Shown: piece by piece, positions 22,523 to 35,384 of the stretch
Layout of the letters: each line of letters starts with the position of its first letter
Numbering within the stretch: position 1 is the first letter of the stretch
Assembly (NCBI GenBank): GCA_013239625.1
Contig: MU053472.1
Span: 1,178,001 to 1,242,000 of the forward strand
DNA: 64,000 nt
Direction of reading: 5' to 3'
DNA from: Lama guanicoe
Lineage: Eukaryota
Translations under genes and position numbers: made by a program
Notes under the pieces: generated by a model
The model's input: only the letters and a program-made list of their open reading frames with translations
The model's database searches: none
Told to the model about the DNA's origin: nothing

Positions 22523-23030
22523 CACTAATTTCTTTTCTGACACTAACTCGCATCATCTTTAGGGCTGGTCATCCAAGGAAAAAACTGACATGCTTCAAGA
22601 GGAAACATGCCGTATTATGGGGGTTAGAATCAGAGTAGAAAAAAAGGTGTATCAAATGGAGCAGCGTCTCTTTTCTCACAGTCAGTTAAACATTATCTGT
22701 ATCATCTCTACCAGGGATGCTTTATGGCTAACCACAAATTACAGCAAGCTAGTAAAGAATGTTGATTTTACTGACCATATTTTATACAGAACACACAGAC
22801 TATAGATACAGAGCTTGATGGAGACAGGGAGGAAAAAGATGATGGATTAAAAAAGCATACTTGTAGATGACAGTAAGTTTTATTTATTAAGAGAACTTCC
22901 CTAAATGACAAAGATTCCTTTTGCCTCCTAGGATCCAATTCCAGATCCTCTATGATTATTCAAATAGCCCAAGTTACTTATTGGCACCCTCTTCCGTTTT
23001 TTCTAAGTTGCTTGAAAGTTCATCCTAGCA

Positions 23031-23123
23031 GGAGTGGGTATAGCTCAGTGGTAGAGTGTGTGCTTAGCATCCATGAGTTCCTGGGTTCAATCCCCAGCAC
23101 CAACATTTAAAAAAAAAAAAAAA
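23031..23123 (+). mobile_element. tRNA-Ala-derived SINE (Vic-1 type)
   Basis: A box tagctcagtgg, B box ggttcaatccc, poly(A), degenerate TSD aaagttcatcctagc/aaagctcaccattagc. Confidence 0.85.
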
Positions 23124-23624
23124 GCTCACCATTAGCCCAAAACATAAGGGTATGAAGTAATAGCTTTCATACATTATGAGACTATTAGAAAAAGACAGAG
23201 ATCTAGGAAGTTACCTAGCTTAATTTTCTATTGAGGAGTGTGAGGTCCAAACAGGGAATTGCCTGTTTTTGCCGCTCTCCTTACCAAATAAAACATTCAC
23301 ATATAAATTCTGGAAAGCAGAGAAAAGTGTAATTTTCTTTTATGTTCTGAATACAAAGGCAAACTGTCAAAATATTGACAGATTTTCTTCTGTCCTTTCT
23401 TTTTATATTGAATAGATTTTTCAGTATATCCAATTTTATATCTTGCTTTATAAAAAACTTTACATGATATTATAAGTATGTCCCCATACCTGTTAGTAAA
23501 AACTCCTTGTAATCATCATTGTCAATGACTGTGTAATATTTTATCTGATTACTATATCATGCTTTATTTAACCACTCCTCTAATGTGGGACAAATATAAA
23601 TGGCCTCAAATTATTTTTGAGTTA

Positions 23625-23732
23625 TTTTTTTTTAAAGGGATTTGTTGTTGTTGTTAGTGGAGGTACTGGAAAATGAACCCACAACCTTGTGGATGTTAAG
23701 CATGCGTTCTACCACTGAGCTGCACCCCACCC
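23625..23732 (-). mobile_element. tRNA-Ala-derived SINE (Vic-1 type), diverged
   Basis: Reverse complement of the same head, with (AAC)n/A tail. Confidence 0.8.
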
Positions 23733-24127
23733 ACCATAATTTTTTTTTACTATTCCAACAAATGTTATGAAGAAATTTGTCAGTAAATCACAGAGTATTC
23801 TCCTTGGATAGATTCTTAAAGGGGAATCACTGGAATAAAAAACATAAAACATTTCGGCGGTAATCTCAATTTTGAACCAAGGTATCTTTGTCTACGTGAC
23901 TTTCCAAGCACATGCAGAAACCACATGTAGGAAGAAATTAGTCATGTGGCCCCATTCCCCAGCAGGGAAGGATATCTCAACAGCAACTTGGTTTCCATGG
24001 TATCTTAAGAGCATCACTGAAAGTGGAAGTGGGGTGAGATTTAATAGGTCACGTAGGCCCTTCTTCCTATAAAGATGTCCTCCAGAGCTTTACAGACTGC
24101 ACATTGGGCTTGTTAAAAATGGAAAGA

Positions 24128-24232
24128 GGAGGGCAGGGGTATAGCTCAGTGGTGGAGTGGGTGCTCAGCGTGCATGAGGGCCTGGGTTCAACCCCTAGTG
24201 CCTTCATTAAGAGAAACAACAACAACAACAAC
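24128..24232 (+). mobile_element. tRNA-Ala-derived SINE (Vic-1 type)
   Basis: ggggtatagctcagtggtggag...gggttcaacccc followed by an (AAC)n tail. Confidence 0.85.
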
Positions 24233-24283
24233 TTGTTGAACACCTTAAGAAACAGCGGAGGAAACCTCCATCAAGAGTCATAT

Positions 24284-25170
24284 AATGAAAAAATGCTCAG
24301 TATCACTAATTATCAGAGAAACGCGAATCAAAACTAAGATGAGGTATCACCTCACACCAGTCAGAATGGCCGTCATTTAAAAAACCACAGATGACAAATG
24401 CTGGAGAGGCTGTGGAGAAAGGGGAACCCTCCTACACTGCTGGTGGGAATGCAGTTTGGTGCAGCCACTGTGAAAAACAGTATGGAGATTCCTCAAAAGA
24501 CTAGGAATAGACTTCCCACATAACCCAGGAATCCCGTTCCTGGGCATATAGCCACAAGGAACCCTACTTCAAAAAGACACCTGCACCCCAATGTTCATAG
24601 CAGCACTATTTACAATAGCCAGGACATGGAAACAGCCTAAATGTCCATCGACAGACGGCTGAATAAAGAAGATGTGGTATATTTATACAATGGAATACTA
24701 TTCAGCCATAAAAATGACGACATAACACCATTTGCAGCAACATGGATGCTCCTGGAGAATATCATTCTAAGTAAAGTAAGCCAGAAAGAGAAAGAAAAAT
24801 ATGAGACTGCTCATATGTGGAATGTGAAAAAAAAAAAACCAGAACATAAATACAAACAGAAACAGACTCACAGACACAGAATACTAACTTGGAAACTTGT
24901 GGTTGCCAAGGGGGTGGGGCATGGGAAGGGACAGACTGGGAGTTCGAAATCTGTAGATACTGACAGGCATATGCAGAATAGATAAACAAGATTATACTGT
25001 ATAGCAAAGGCAAATATATACAAGATCTTATGGTAGGTCACAGTGAAAAAAAAATGGGACAATGAATATACATATGTTAATATATAACTGAAAAATTGTG
25101 CTCTACACTGGAATTTGACACAACATTGTAAAACAATTATAACTCAATAAAAAATGTAAAAAAAAAAAAA
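24284..25170 (+). mobile_element. 5'-truncated, relatively young LINE-1 (ORF2 C-terminus, 3'UTR, poly(A)), antisense to USP32
   Basis: Translates to [51 protein letters not shown] with stops; ends aataaa plus A tail. Confidence 0.93.
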
Positions 25171-25900
25171 GAGATGCAAAAGCCACTATAATTCTTCATG
25201 TGACTAAATCAGCTCCTTTGATTTCATTGCTTTTACTTCTCCATCAGATTCTTCATATCTCTACCCACAAAAAAACCTAGTCAATCCACCCTTCACACAA
25301 ATTTGGGGAACATTTTTAGGTATGGAGTTAATATTCCTTTCGAAGTTACATTTTCAAAATTTAAAAACTGCTCTGGCCAGAGAGTGGCAGTAGAGGAATG
25401 CTAAGTGAGAAGACCAGGCATGGGGATGTACTCTTAGGTGCCCAGTCTGGAAACATTCAATATTTTCTCTAAGTTTTCTGATCACTGTGCCCATTAAAGG
25501 CAGCAGCTATAGCCCTGGAATGCACCTGAGCTAAGTAAGAATGGTCACCAAATGCTACAGCTTCAATAATCATTAACAAACAGACAGAGAGGTTGGTTAC
25601 GCTTGGTATCTCATGGCCAGAGAATATAACTTCTTAATTACACCCAGAGTTTTATTTCAGGAATTACTTATTATTAGTATTTTTGAAATTCAATGCCTCA
25701 GTACAATTAACTCTGTAAGTGGGAAAGCTGAAACATCCATAAAATTAGTCAACACATTTAAGAGCTATAGAGAATGCCAATGAAGGTATTCTTGCCTGTC
25801 CTTAAACTGTCTGAAAATAGAAATGATATGATACAGTTAAACTGGGGGAAAATTTACACATAAAAACCACTGCCTTACAGCGACCTTTCTGTATACTTAC

Positions 25901-26021
25901 CCTTTCCTGTGATGTTTGGTAGCGGAGGTGAAGGGCTGTGGGATCCCAATCCACGGCAATGTAGGCGTTTCCAATGAAAGCTCTGTCTTCCCCACAGTCA
26001 ATTTTACAGCCTCTGCAAAAC
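25901..26021 (-). CDS. USP32: USP32 coding exon (~29), 121 nt, FCRGCKIDCGEDRAFIGNAYIAVDWDPTALHLRYQTSQER
   Basis: ctttag|GTT acceptor; AGG|gtaagt donor. Confidence 0.96.
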
Positions 26022-26957
26022 CTAAAGGGGGGGAAAGATCTGCTGAGGAAGGAATAATTATGAAGGAATCCAGATTTTCTTTATCAGAAGTATTCTCCCT
26101 TTCTACTTCTCTGTTCTACTTCTCGGGCCTCACAATTGGGCATGGGCTTCTAACTGCAGACTGGTAAGTGCATGAGTATGTATTAGTAAGTGTTATTATT
26201 TCAGGGAATCATGCTTATCACTTCTCAAGTCTTTGGTTTTTCAAAGCACTTGATAACCATTTGTTAACCCACATGAATACGTGGACTTTATGGCAAATAA
26301 ATGATAATGGGAACTGGATATTTGAGATCATGCACCTCTCAAGAAATTCTAAATTTAGTTTTTAATGCTTAGCAGTAGGGCAATTTATCTAGCATAACAA
26401 CACCTATTTCCTTGTTTGCACAATGGCACATTAAATAGACATATATAAGAATTTATGGGGGGGGTGGGGACCATGACAAAGGCCATGGTTCCAATGCCTA
26501 GACAGACTCAGTTTGCTAAGGCTATTACGTTTTCTGAAGGCTGACTTCCATACTCGGGCATTTCCCAAGTTGGAACAGTAATGACCAATCAATCTCCATA
26601 ACTCTTCTAAAAACCAAAAACAGACTTCCAGCAAGGTCCAGTACACAGACTATGTTCTGCTGGGCTCAGAATTGCTAAACTGATTTATATCTAAGGAGCA
26701 GATGGTACAGAAGGATAAATGTTGATCATAAACTGTGAATCTGGGGAGCACTGTAGCATTTACAAAACCAGCTAAGTCTCAAGAGCAAAACTTCGCTGTA
26801 GACCTGATAGGGAGGAGATGAACGAAGAATTCCTACATTTATTTCAAGTATCTCATTATTCACTGCTGCTTCTAAAAGCTGGAAACCTTGTGGAAAAGGT
26901 ATACTGCATGAAGCTGCAATTCTACTAAAGACGTTTTTTTGCAGAAGGTCACCTTAC

Positions 26958-27044
26958 CTATACCATGGGCACCAAGCACAGGAGTTCCCATCTTTCTGCA
27001 CAACTCGGAGAGTGAATGGATATTGGTAACCCATACTGTCATCA
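26958..27044 (-). CDS. USP32: USP32 coding exon (~28), 87 nt, DDSMGYQYPFTLRVVQKDGNSCAWCPWY
   Basis: tttcag|TGA acceptor (phase 2); TAG|gtaagg donor. Confidence 0.95.
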
Positions 27045-28029
27045 CTGAAACAGAACATAAACCAAAGAGAATAAGAAACTTTTCTTATTTGAGGTCTCTT
27101 TCATCTTCTCCTAAAGTGACCCCAGAAAAGGGCAGCTGCCATGGCAGTATGCTCACACTGCCGGCTCAGTGCTGGTCATCCGAAGCCACTAACCGCAGCC
27201 CTGTACAGGGCTTCCTCCTCACAGAGCGGGAGACATATCAGACTGCCAGATGTCTCTAAGAGGGTCCATGTGGTCCGTGCAGATTTTATAAAATAAGCTA
27301 ATTATGAAATCAAACACTAATTATCCTTCAGCCCTAATTCTATCAGAAGATTTAATTCACATTAAACTAAAATAATTAGACCTTCTCCATGACAAGAACA
27401 TTGATACACCACAGAAGGCTGAATGGTCATGACGGTTTTTAGAGGAGTTGACTAACTGTATATTTAGAACCCTCTTTAATCAAAACCCCTGATGTGGTAC
27501 ATAGTAGGTTATCTTTTCCTTGCCTTAACTATCTAAAACTGTAAGTCACATAACATTTTTAGAGTAATGTCTTAACTGCAAGATAGCTTGTGAGTTCTCC
27601 AACTTTTAAAAAAGCTTATTCATCCTTGCCCAAATAAGAAGCAAAGCAAGGAATACAACATAAGAGCAATATACACAATGGATCATTTGGCAATTTGAAG
27701 TGGCCATGACATGGCTGCTGAAGGTAATGAAATCACGGTAAGGGCCAAAGTGAGTGTCACATCTGTCACAGCAGTTCCCAGCTTTCCGCATAACTTACTG
27801 ATTGAATGATTATTCACAGAACATGCTGTCATGCCCATGCCATCATGTCAATGGGAACCGGATCAATGGTAAGTGAAAAATCCAGAGAGCGCGCAAAACC
27901 ACTAGGGAGCACTCTGGCAGGGATCTGTGCAGCACCCGTCTTCTAAAGGCCCTCTTGACCTTTGTGCTCTAACAGAAACCTGGCTTTCCTGAGGACACTG
28001 CTTCCCACTTGCTTCTTAAACGCTGACTG

Positions 28030-28600
28030 TCGCCTCACAGATCCCAGGACCTGGAGGTGATACGGGTCTCCTCCCTACCCCTCTTTATCACTTCTAGATG
28101 GTAGTTCTCCTTCCTTCTCCTTCTAAAACATTCTGGTTTCTCTGTAGCATGAGCTGTTGAATTATAGCTGCGATTCCTCCCTGGTAGGGACATCTCTACT
28201 TTATTCACTAAAGATTTTAGCGCCTGGTTCACTGTTGTTCTCTCCGTCACTTCTGTTATTACCCTTGGTGACTTCAACATCAATGTAACTTATCCAACGA
28301 CACCAAGGCCTTCTCTCCTCCAACAATCATTTCCTCCATTCTACATGATCCACCCTCTCCAATGGTCATATTCTAGATCTTGTCAAACGGCTGCTGAAGG
28401 TAATGAAATGACGATAAGGACTTTGACACCTCCAAAAATCTCAATTTCCAATATTCTAATTTGCAGCAACCATCTCGTAGATTCTTGGATCACTTATTCA
28501 AAGTACCGCTACTCTAACAATTCTTTGACCCAGCAGAAACCTCTAAATCACTGCCCTCAAATCCTCACTTTCCTCCTTAACCACTGTCCCTCAAACTAAT
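28030..28600 (+). mobile_element. L2-like ORF2 remnant
   Basis: Endonuclease-like cttggtgacttcaacatcaat (LGDFNI) motif in C/T-rich degenerate sequence. Confidence 0.55.
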
Positions 28601-28789
28601 CACCTTTTGTATAGACCATCAACTTCAGGAATTTGTCCATTTAGTCTAAATTTTCAAATTTATTGACATAAACACTCGGAAAAGTAGAGAATTGCACAAT
28701 GAACATCACCCAACTATAATAATCATCACCTCTTGACCATTCTTATTTTATCTATACCTTTACCTAGCCCCACTAGATTCTTCTATTTC

Positions 28790-29228
28790 ATTTTTTAAAA
28801 CTGTGGTAAAATATACATAAAATTCACAATTTAATCATTTTAAGTGTACAATTCAGAGGCATTCACAATGTTGTGCAACCATCTATCTCCAGAATCTGTC
28901 TTCCCAAACAGAAACTCTTTATTAGCAATAACAAATTCGTCTCCTCCCTCCCCTCCAGACTTTGTTAACCTCTAATCTACTTTCTGTCTACAAATTTGCC
29001 TATTTGAGATACCTCATAAAAGTGGGATCATACACTATTTGTCCTTTTGTGTCTGGCTTATTTCACTTAGTATAAGGTTTTCAAGCTTTCATGTGTTATA
29101 GTATATATCAGAACTCCATCCCTTTTTATGGCTGAGTAATACTCCACTTATGTATATACCACATTTTGTTTATCCATTTATCTGTTGATGGACTTTGGGA
29201 TTGTTTGCACCTCTTGGCTACTGTGATG
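28790..29228 (-). mobile_element. Old L1 (L1M-type) 3' fragment
   Basis: gtgggatcatacactatttgtccttttgtgtctggcttatttcacttag...tatccatttatctgttgatggac. Confidence 0.8.
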
Positions 29229-29312
29229 TACTAGATACTTCCGAATAAAATCAGTCGCATTTAATCATTTTCATTCATAAATATTTCAGTGTGTTATCTC
29301 TAAAAGATAAGC

Positions 29313-29551
29313 TTTTTTAAAAAGTGAAAGCAAGTTTATTTAGAGAGCTACACACTCCACAGACAGAGTGGGGTCTGTCTCACTCAGAAGGGAAAACGGC
29401 TTAGAAGACTACATATTCCAAAGGCAGAATTTGGGCCATCTCAGAGAGGTGAGAGGGAGAGAGACCAAGAGGTGTGGGGGTGTTTAGTTTACAGTAAAAG
29501 CAGATACACACTCCAAAGACAGTGTGCGGGCCGTCTCAAACGGCTAGAGAG
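29313..29551 (-). mobile_element. Retroposed LTR-derived fragment (same family as 10119-10279)
   Basis: Minus strand has three gaga(c/t).g.ccc...ctg.ct.tgga.t.tgta units, then ctctctaaataaa and a short A tail; degenerate TSD agataagctttt/agagaagctctt. Confidence 0.65.
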
Positions 29552-29609
29552 AGAGAAGCTCTTATTATCCTTTAAATGTCTGCAAGATAATCTTTTCTTT
29601 AACCTACTT

Positions 29610-30190
29610 TAACCTGTGTGCCTTCATCTACACCACCCCACTAGCACAGTTTTTGCAAAGGTCTCCAAAGACTGCCATTTTATCAAATCCAGTGGTCAAT
29701 TCCTAGTCCTCTTACTCAATTTATCTGTAGCATCTGAAACTGATCAGTCCTTCCTTAAACACTACTTACTCCTGATTTTCTTCTTCCGTTACTGGCTGTT
29801 CTTTCTCAATTTCCTTTGCTGCCCCTCCATCCATTATTCAACCTTTAAATGCTGGAATGCATCAGGAATTAGATCGTGGGCATCTTCTCTGACTCTTACT
29901 CTCTAAATAGCATCATCTGGTCTCAGGGCTTTAAATATCAACCCTTTGTTGATGACACTTATATTTATATCTCTAGGAAAGGAATTAAGTCATTTCCCAC
30001 TTGAAAATACAACACACATCTTAAATTTAACTTGATTCCTGTCATTGCTTACCCAAACCTACTCCTTCTCCAGTCTTCCTCATTGCATTAAGTGGTATCA
30101 CCATTCACAAACGATTGTTCAGGCTAAAAGCCTAGCTTAGATTTCTCCTCCCCTCATACTCTGTATCTGATTCATTAGCAAGCTCTGGGA
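29610..30190 (+). mobile_element. L2 3' remnant
   Basis: caaatccagtggtcaattcctagtcctc...ctcagggctttaaatatca...tctccagtcttcctcatt, L2-like motifs. Confidence 0.6.
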
Positions 30191-31075
30191 AAAGCCCTCA
30201 TCTAGAAGTCCTTTAATTCAATTAGATTTTCACTTCAAATTTAATCTTGTCCTACTGTTATTTTCACTAAACACAACTTTCATCAATTAAATCACTTATC
30301 TATTATTTGCAGTTTTCCTCTAAAATTTACTTACCTTAAACCTCATCCTAATCATCAAAACACCCCCGTACCATAACAAATAACCTATCAGCAAAAAGAA
30401 TGTCTTTACTTAGTTAACACAGAAGCAGAACTCTCATTTGCACCACGATAGCAAGAAAATAATCTACAATTTAAATGAGATACAAATAAGACAACATAAT
30501 CCCAAGGATTCTTAGAAGTAAATACATTTACTAATCCAATAGAACAGTGGTAAGAGGAACGGAAAGAAAACACAAGATGTTTATTTCCTTTACCTAGACT
30601 TATGAAATCATTCCATGTTAAAATGACATGGTATGGAAATAATCCAAATGAACCATCTGTTACGGCATGAGACTTTCCCAGAGTTTATGTATAGACATGC
30701 ATAGTATCGCTCCCATTCTGAATTTCAGAGGGTTGAGATGATACAAATTTCCTATTGAATTCATACTACTTCTGTAATTACAGAAGCCAAAGATACTACC
30801 TGAAGCATTTAAAATACTAGCAGGAGAGATTTATTTAAGAGATCAGAGAATAAAAGGATTATTAGAAACTGGAAAGTCTAGGTGATGAGAGGAAGGTGTA
30901 TGATCTTGCCTACTCAAAAGACCAAACCAAATGGTTGAACTCTATGTTCTCTGGATGGGTCTTCAGAGAGTGGTTAACCTGATATGGGACATGTACTATA
31001 AATCACACAGAATTCACATAAATTCTTCTTCTACAGTCTGGAAACCACAGGTCTAGGAAGATGCACTGAACTCAC

Positions 31076-31260
31076 CAATCCTGAGCATGATTACTGGCTT
31101 CCTGAGGTGGGAGCGGGCTGGCTAATCGAGATACTTGAATCCAAACCGCATCATACAGGTCTTTCTTCCGGGTGTGCACAGTACATGGAACAATCAGCGG
31201 CATTCCAAAGAGGCTGGGGCGATTCTTCTGAGATGACAGGAAATACAGTTCTGTCCTCAT
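31076..31260 (-). CDS. USP32: USP32 coding exon (~27), 185 nt, MRTELYFLSSQKNRPSLFGMP...QEASNHAQD
   Basis: cacag|ATG acceptor; TTG|gtgagt donor. Confidence 0.96.
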
Positions 31261-32242
31261 CTGTGTGTACAAACAAGAGAGAGCTGAGAAGACAGGCCTC
31301 CAATTCCTCCCTTTTGTTCTTCTAAGACTGCCAACAGCAAGCATCACTACATTTTTAAATTAGTCACTACCACACTTCTCTTTATTTATGAAGAGAATGG
31401 TCATTCAAAGTGGGGTCATGGAAATGCTGAGGTATTGCCAATTCCAGAGTGGCTGTCTGTCTACCAGACTTGGGTTTTCAGCATTTAATATTGTCAGAGT
31501 ATGTAGTTTTCTCTGATAGATATTTCTGACACAGACTGAATCATATGTAAAAAGATTAAAAATCATATTTTTAATTACATGATAGAAGGTAAACTTAAAA
31601 TATTTTCTTTAAGTATGTTAAGAAGTCTTCTATATTTCTTAACATGGAGATACTGCACAGAATTAGCTTGGAAACAGTGGCTTAAAACAAAAGTTTAGTA
31701 TAATAGAAAGGTTGATAGGAATTGCAGAATTATTCAAAAAATTGCTGCGCACTTGGACATTTAGTTCTTTAAGTTTGGTCTTTATGTAGTAGAGAAGCTA
31801 AACCAACAACTTATAAATTCAGTAATTTTTAAGTGAAAAGACTCTCTTATTTCAGATTCTCAAGTAATTTATTTTGCTGTTACTCACTTAAGCTTAGCTA
31901 GTTAGTGATTTTAAGACACCAACTCATGTGTTGGTAGTTACATTATTATAGGACCCACAGAAATGTGGACAGAGTTCAGAACAACTTTTTAAAAAGATCT
32001 AAAAACTTAGATTACTTCTCTCCTTAAACTTCTACATTTCTTCCATTCCAGCTCTCAGCAGATGACTTATTTTGACTTACTTTACTAAACAAATGAGATC
32101 AATCAAGTCACTTTTTCCTCTACTCTTTTCAGTGTATCTCTTTTTTAAGCCCACACAATTAGCATGTTCTTGAAGGTAATTTCTCCCAGAGACCTCCGGC
32201 CCATACCTGCTCAGTTCCTCATGGGAAAATGCTCCCAGATTC

Positions 32243-32452
32243 TTTTTTCTTTTTAATTGAAGTATAGCTGATTTGCAGTACTGTGTTAGTTTCAAGTGTA
32301 CAGCAAAGTGATTCGGTTTTATATATATATGCATAGATTTTTTTTCCTCATTCTTTTCACCCCCGATTCTTTCCCATTATAGGTTATTACAAGATAATGA
32401 ATATAGTTCCCTGTGCTATATATCCAGTTAATCCTTGTTGTTTATCTATTTC
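32243..32452 (-). mobile_element. L1 3'-tail fragment
   Basis: ttaattgaagtatagctgattt...aatatagttccctgtgctata. Confidence 0.75.
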
Positions 32453-32493
32453 ATTGTCTTTTTGTCTTTGTTTACTTTTTTATTAAAAGAAAT

Positions 32494-32610
32494 TTTTTTT
32501 TGCAGGAAGGAGGTAGTTTTACTGATTTTTAGAGGAGGTACTGGGGATTGAACCCAGGACCTTGTATATGTGAAGCATGTGCTCTACCACTTGAGCTATA
32601 CTCTTCCCCC
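32494..32610 (-). mobile_element. tRNA-Ala-derived SINE (Vic-1 type)
   Basis: ggtactggggattgaacccaggacc...ctctaccacttgagctatac. Confidence 0.85.
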
Positions 32611-33769
32611 TTTCTTATTATTTTTTATGTTTATCTGCTTTATATAAGGCATGCTCCCAGCTGTACTGCACCAGGAATTCTCCTTTTGCCCTCTCCTATC
32701 AATTTTTTCTCTAATCTGAAGAAACGCACTTGACCTAACTGTGCTAATGTCTCGCCCCATTTCTTCACCTGGTCACACAGCCAGACTTTTCAGTTTTCAT
32801 TCTTTTTGATGTCTCTGGCCCATGTGACCACTTCTTTCTTTCTTTTCTGAAACTGACATTCCTTTATTGTATCAATACAACACTATTATGTCTCCCTTTA
32901 CTCTCTGAATATTCTTGCCTATGTTACCTATGTTACTCCTCTTCTTTTTCTATCTTGTAGAAGGGAGTAGAAGAAAAACTACTTTCAAAGTAATTCAACC
33001 ATGAGATCAAAGGGTCTGAAAGAAGAAAGTGGCAATGAAAATGAAGAACAAATGGTAAATTCAAGCAGTATTTTGAAAAAGAAATTAAAAGGCATAGAGA
33101 TATATTGAATATAGGGTTTTAGATGAAAAGGGGGAAAAAAATCTAAAAACACTCCCAGCCTTTAGCTTTTAGCATGGAAGAACGGTGGGGCCTTTCACAT
33201 AAATAATGGGAAAAAAAGAGCTGACCTGGGACAGACAGATAGTAAAATCAGTTTTAGGCATTCCCCATAGCAGCTCCTAGGTCATGAAGGAAACTACAAA
33301 TGGGACTGGTTAAAAGGTGAACATATAGAGCTGAATATGGCTGTATGGTCCGATAATTAAAAAAACCTGTATATAAGAGTATTTATCTTTAGCATTTACC
33401 AAGCACTTTATATAACATATACATGATAATTGAAGAGAATTTTCTAAAAAAGATGAAAAAAAAAGCAAAACAAAAACAAACCAGAGTTCTTAATGTGTGA
33501 TCTGATAAAGCCTAGTTGAAAAAAAAAAACATAGGGAAATGCATGAATCACCCCAATTATTTTAGCTGATGGGGCCAGTTCGAGCTGTGCCTAAACAAAA
33601 TTCCAAGACACAAATATATCCCTTAATTCTGTAGGATGTTTAGTCACATTACCCTGTCTAGAACATGGTCCACAGAATATCATCCACATGGTCAGAAAAT
33701 CACTTTAAGTCAGTGGTCACTAATTCAAAGGAGGGAAAAAGTACATTCCAAAGAATTATCAGAAAGCGA

Positions 33770-35383
33770 ATAGCTATGTAATCACCAGTCAGGTCAAGAA
33801 ACAATTCAGCCAGCACTCCCAAAGCCTTCCTCTTGCTTCCTCCCAATTATGAATTCTTCCTTCCTCCTAAAGGTTAACGGTTTTTCTTTATAGTTTTATA
33901 TCCTATGCATAAATAAACAGTAAATTTCATTTTTCCTGTCTTTAAATGTTTTATTTATAAATAGAATCATATAAGTTGTATTTCTTTTGTGCCTGGCTTT
34001 TCCCCCACATTATGTTTATTGGATTCATTTATGTTCAGTATAATTATAAATCCATTCATTTTCATTGCTATATAATATTCTACTATATGACCATGTCTCA
34101 ACTTCCTTACCCTTTTTACTACCAATGGACGTTTAATGGTTTCATAAAAACACAAGATGGAATAGTAGAATTACTTACTTTTAACTAGGAAACAAATTTT
34201 CCAAAGTAGCTGTACTAATTTACACTCTTCTTAGCAGTGTATTAGAGTTCCTTTTGCTAAATTATCCTTACCAGCGCTGTCAATCTGTTTAATCACAGCT
34301 ATTCTGGTGGGTGTGCCCTGATATCATAATGTGGTCTTTAATTTGCATTTCCTGGATTAGTAACATGGCTGATCACTTTTTCACATGGTTATTGGCTATT
34401 CGAATATCATTTTTATAAAGTGCCTATTTTAGTACTAACCATTTTTTATTGAACTGTTTTTTCCTTAATGATGTAAAGGAGTTATTTATATTTTCTGGAT
34501 TGAGCCTTTTTACTGGTCATATGAGTTGCAAACATCTTCTACTCCAAGGCTTGACTTTCATTCTCTTAATGACGTCTCTTGATGAAACTGAAGTTCTTAA
34601 TTTTAATGATGTCTAATTTATCAATCTTTTCCTTTGTGGTTAGTGCTTTCTGCATTCTATTTAAGAAGTCTTTCCCTAAACCAAGGTCATGAATATATAT
34701 TCACCTTTATTATTATCTAGGGGCTGTTTCATTGTTTTGCTTGTATATTTAATTCTACAGTCCACCTGAAATTGATCTTTGTGTGGTGAGAGGTAGATGT
34801 CAAGTTTCATATTGATATCCAATTATCCCAGCACCATTTATCAAGGAAATTTTCTTACTGCTCTGCAATGCCATCTTTATTATGAATCAAGTATTCACAC
34901 ATGTGTGAACCTATTTCTGGGCTACTGTATTCCATTGGTCTGTTTGTCTTTTCACACCAATATCATAATGTCTTAAGTATCACTGCTTTATAAAATCATG
35001 ATCTCTGGTAGCTCTGTGCCTCATGCTTTGCTCTTCTTCAGCAATGTCTTGGTTATTTTAGTGCTTTGTGCTACTGTATGTTAGAATCAGCTTTATCAAG
35101 TTAAACACACACAAGGATACACATACAGAGTTTGCATTTTTATTGGGATTGTGCATTGAATCTGTAGATCAGTTTGTGGAGAACTGATATCTTTGAAAAA
35201 CTGAGTCTTCTAATCCATGAACATGACCTATTTCTTCAAACATTTGAGTCCTCCTTAATTTCTATCAATAATATTTTATTGTTTTCTATGTAGATACTTT
35301 GTGTGCTTTTTATAAAGTTTATTTTTAGGTATCTACATTGTTTCTTGGTACTTGATTTTTTTGGATACTATGATTAATGATAT
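33770..35383 (-). mobile_element. Old L1 (L1M-type) fragment
   Basis: Motifs tttccaaagtagctgtactaatttacactc, ttaatttgcatttcc, gatatccaattatcccagcaccattta, gcattgaatctgtagatcagtttg. Confidence 0.8.
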
Positions 35384-35384
35384 C

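Noticed and set aside
24284..25170. Active LINE-1 or functional ORF2
   Set aside because: Only ~0.9 kb of the 3' end is present, with several in-frame stops and no ORF1 or 5'UTR.
26958..27044. Premature TGA at the start of exon 28
   Set aside because: The exon begins in phase 2 (TG|T = Cys, then GAT GAC), so the TGA is out of frame and the spliced ORF is intact.
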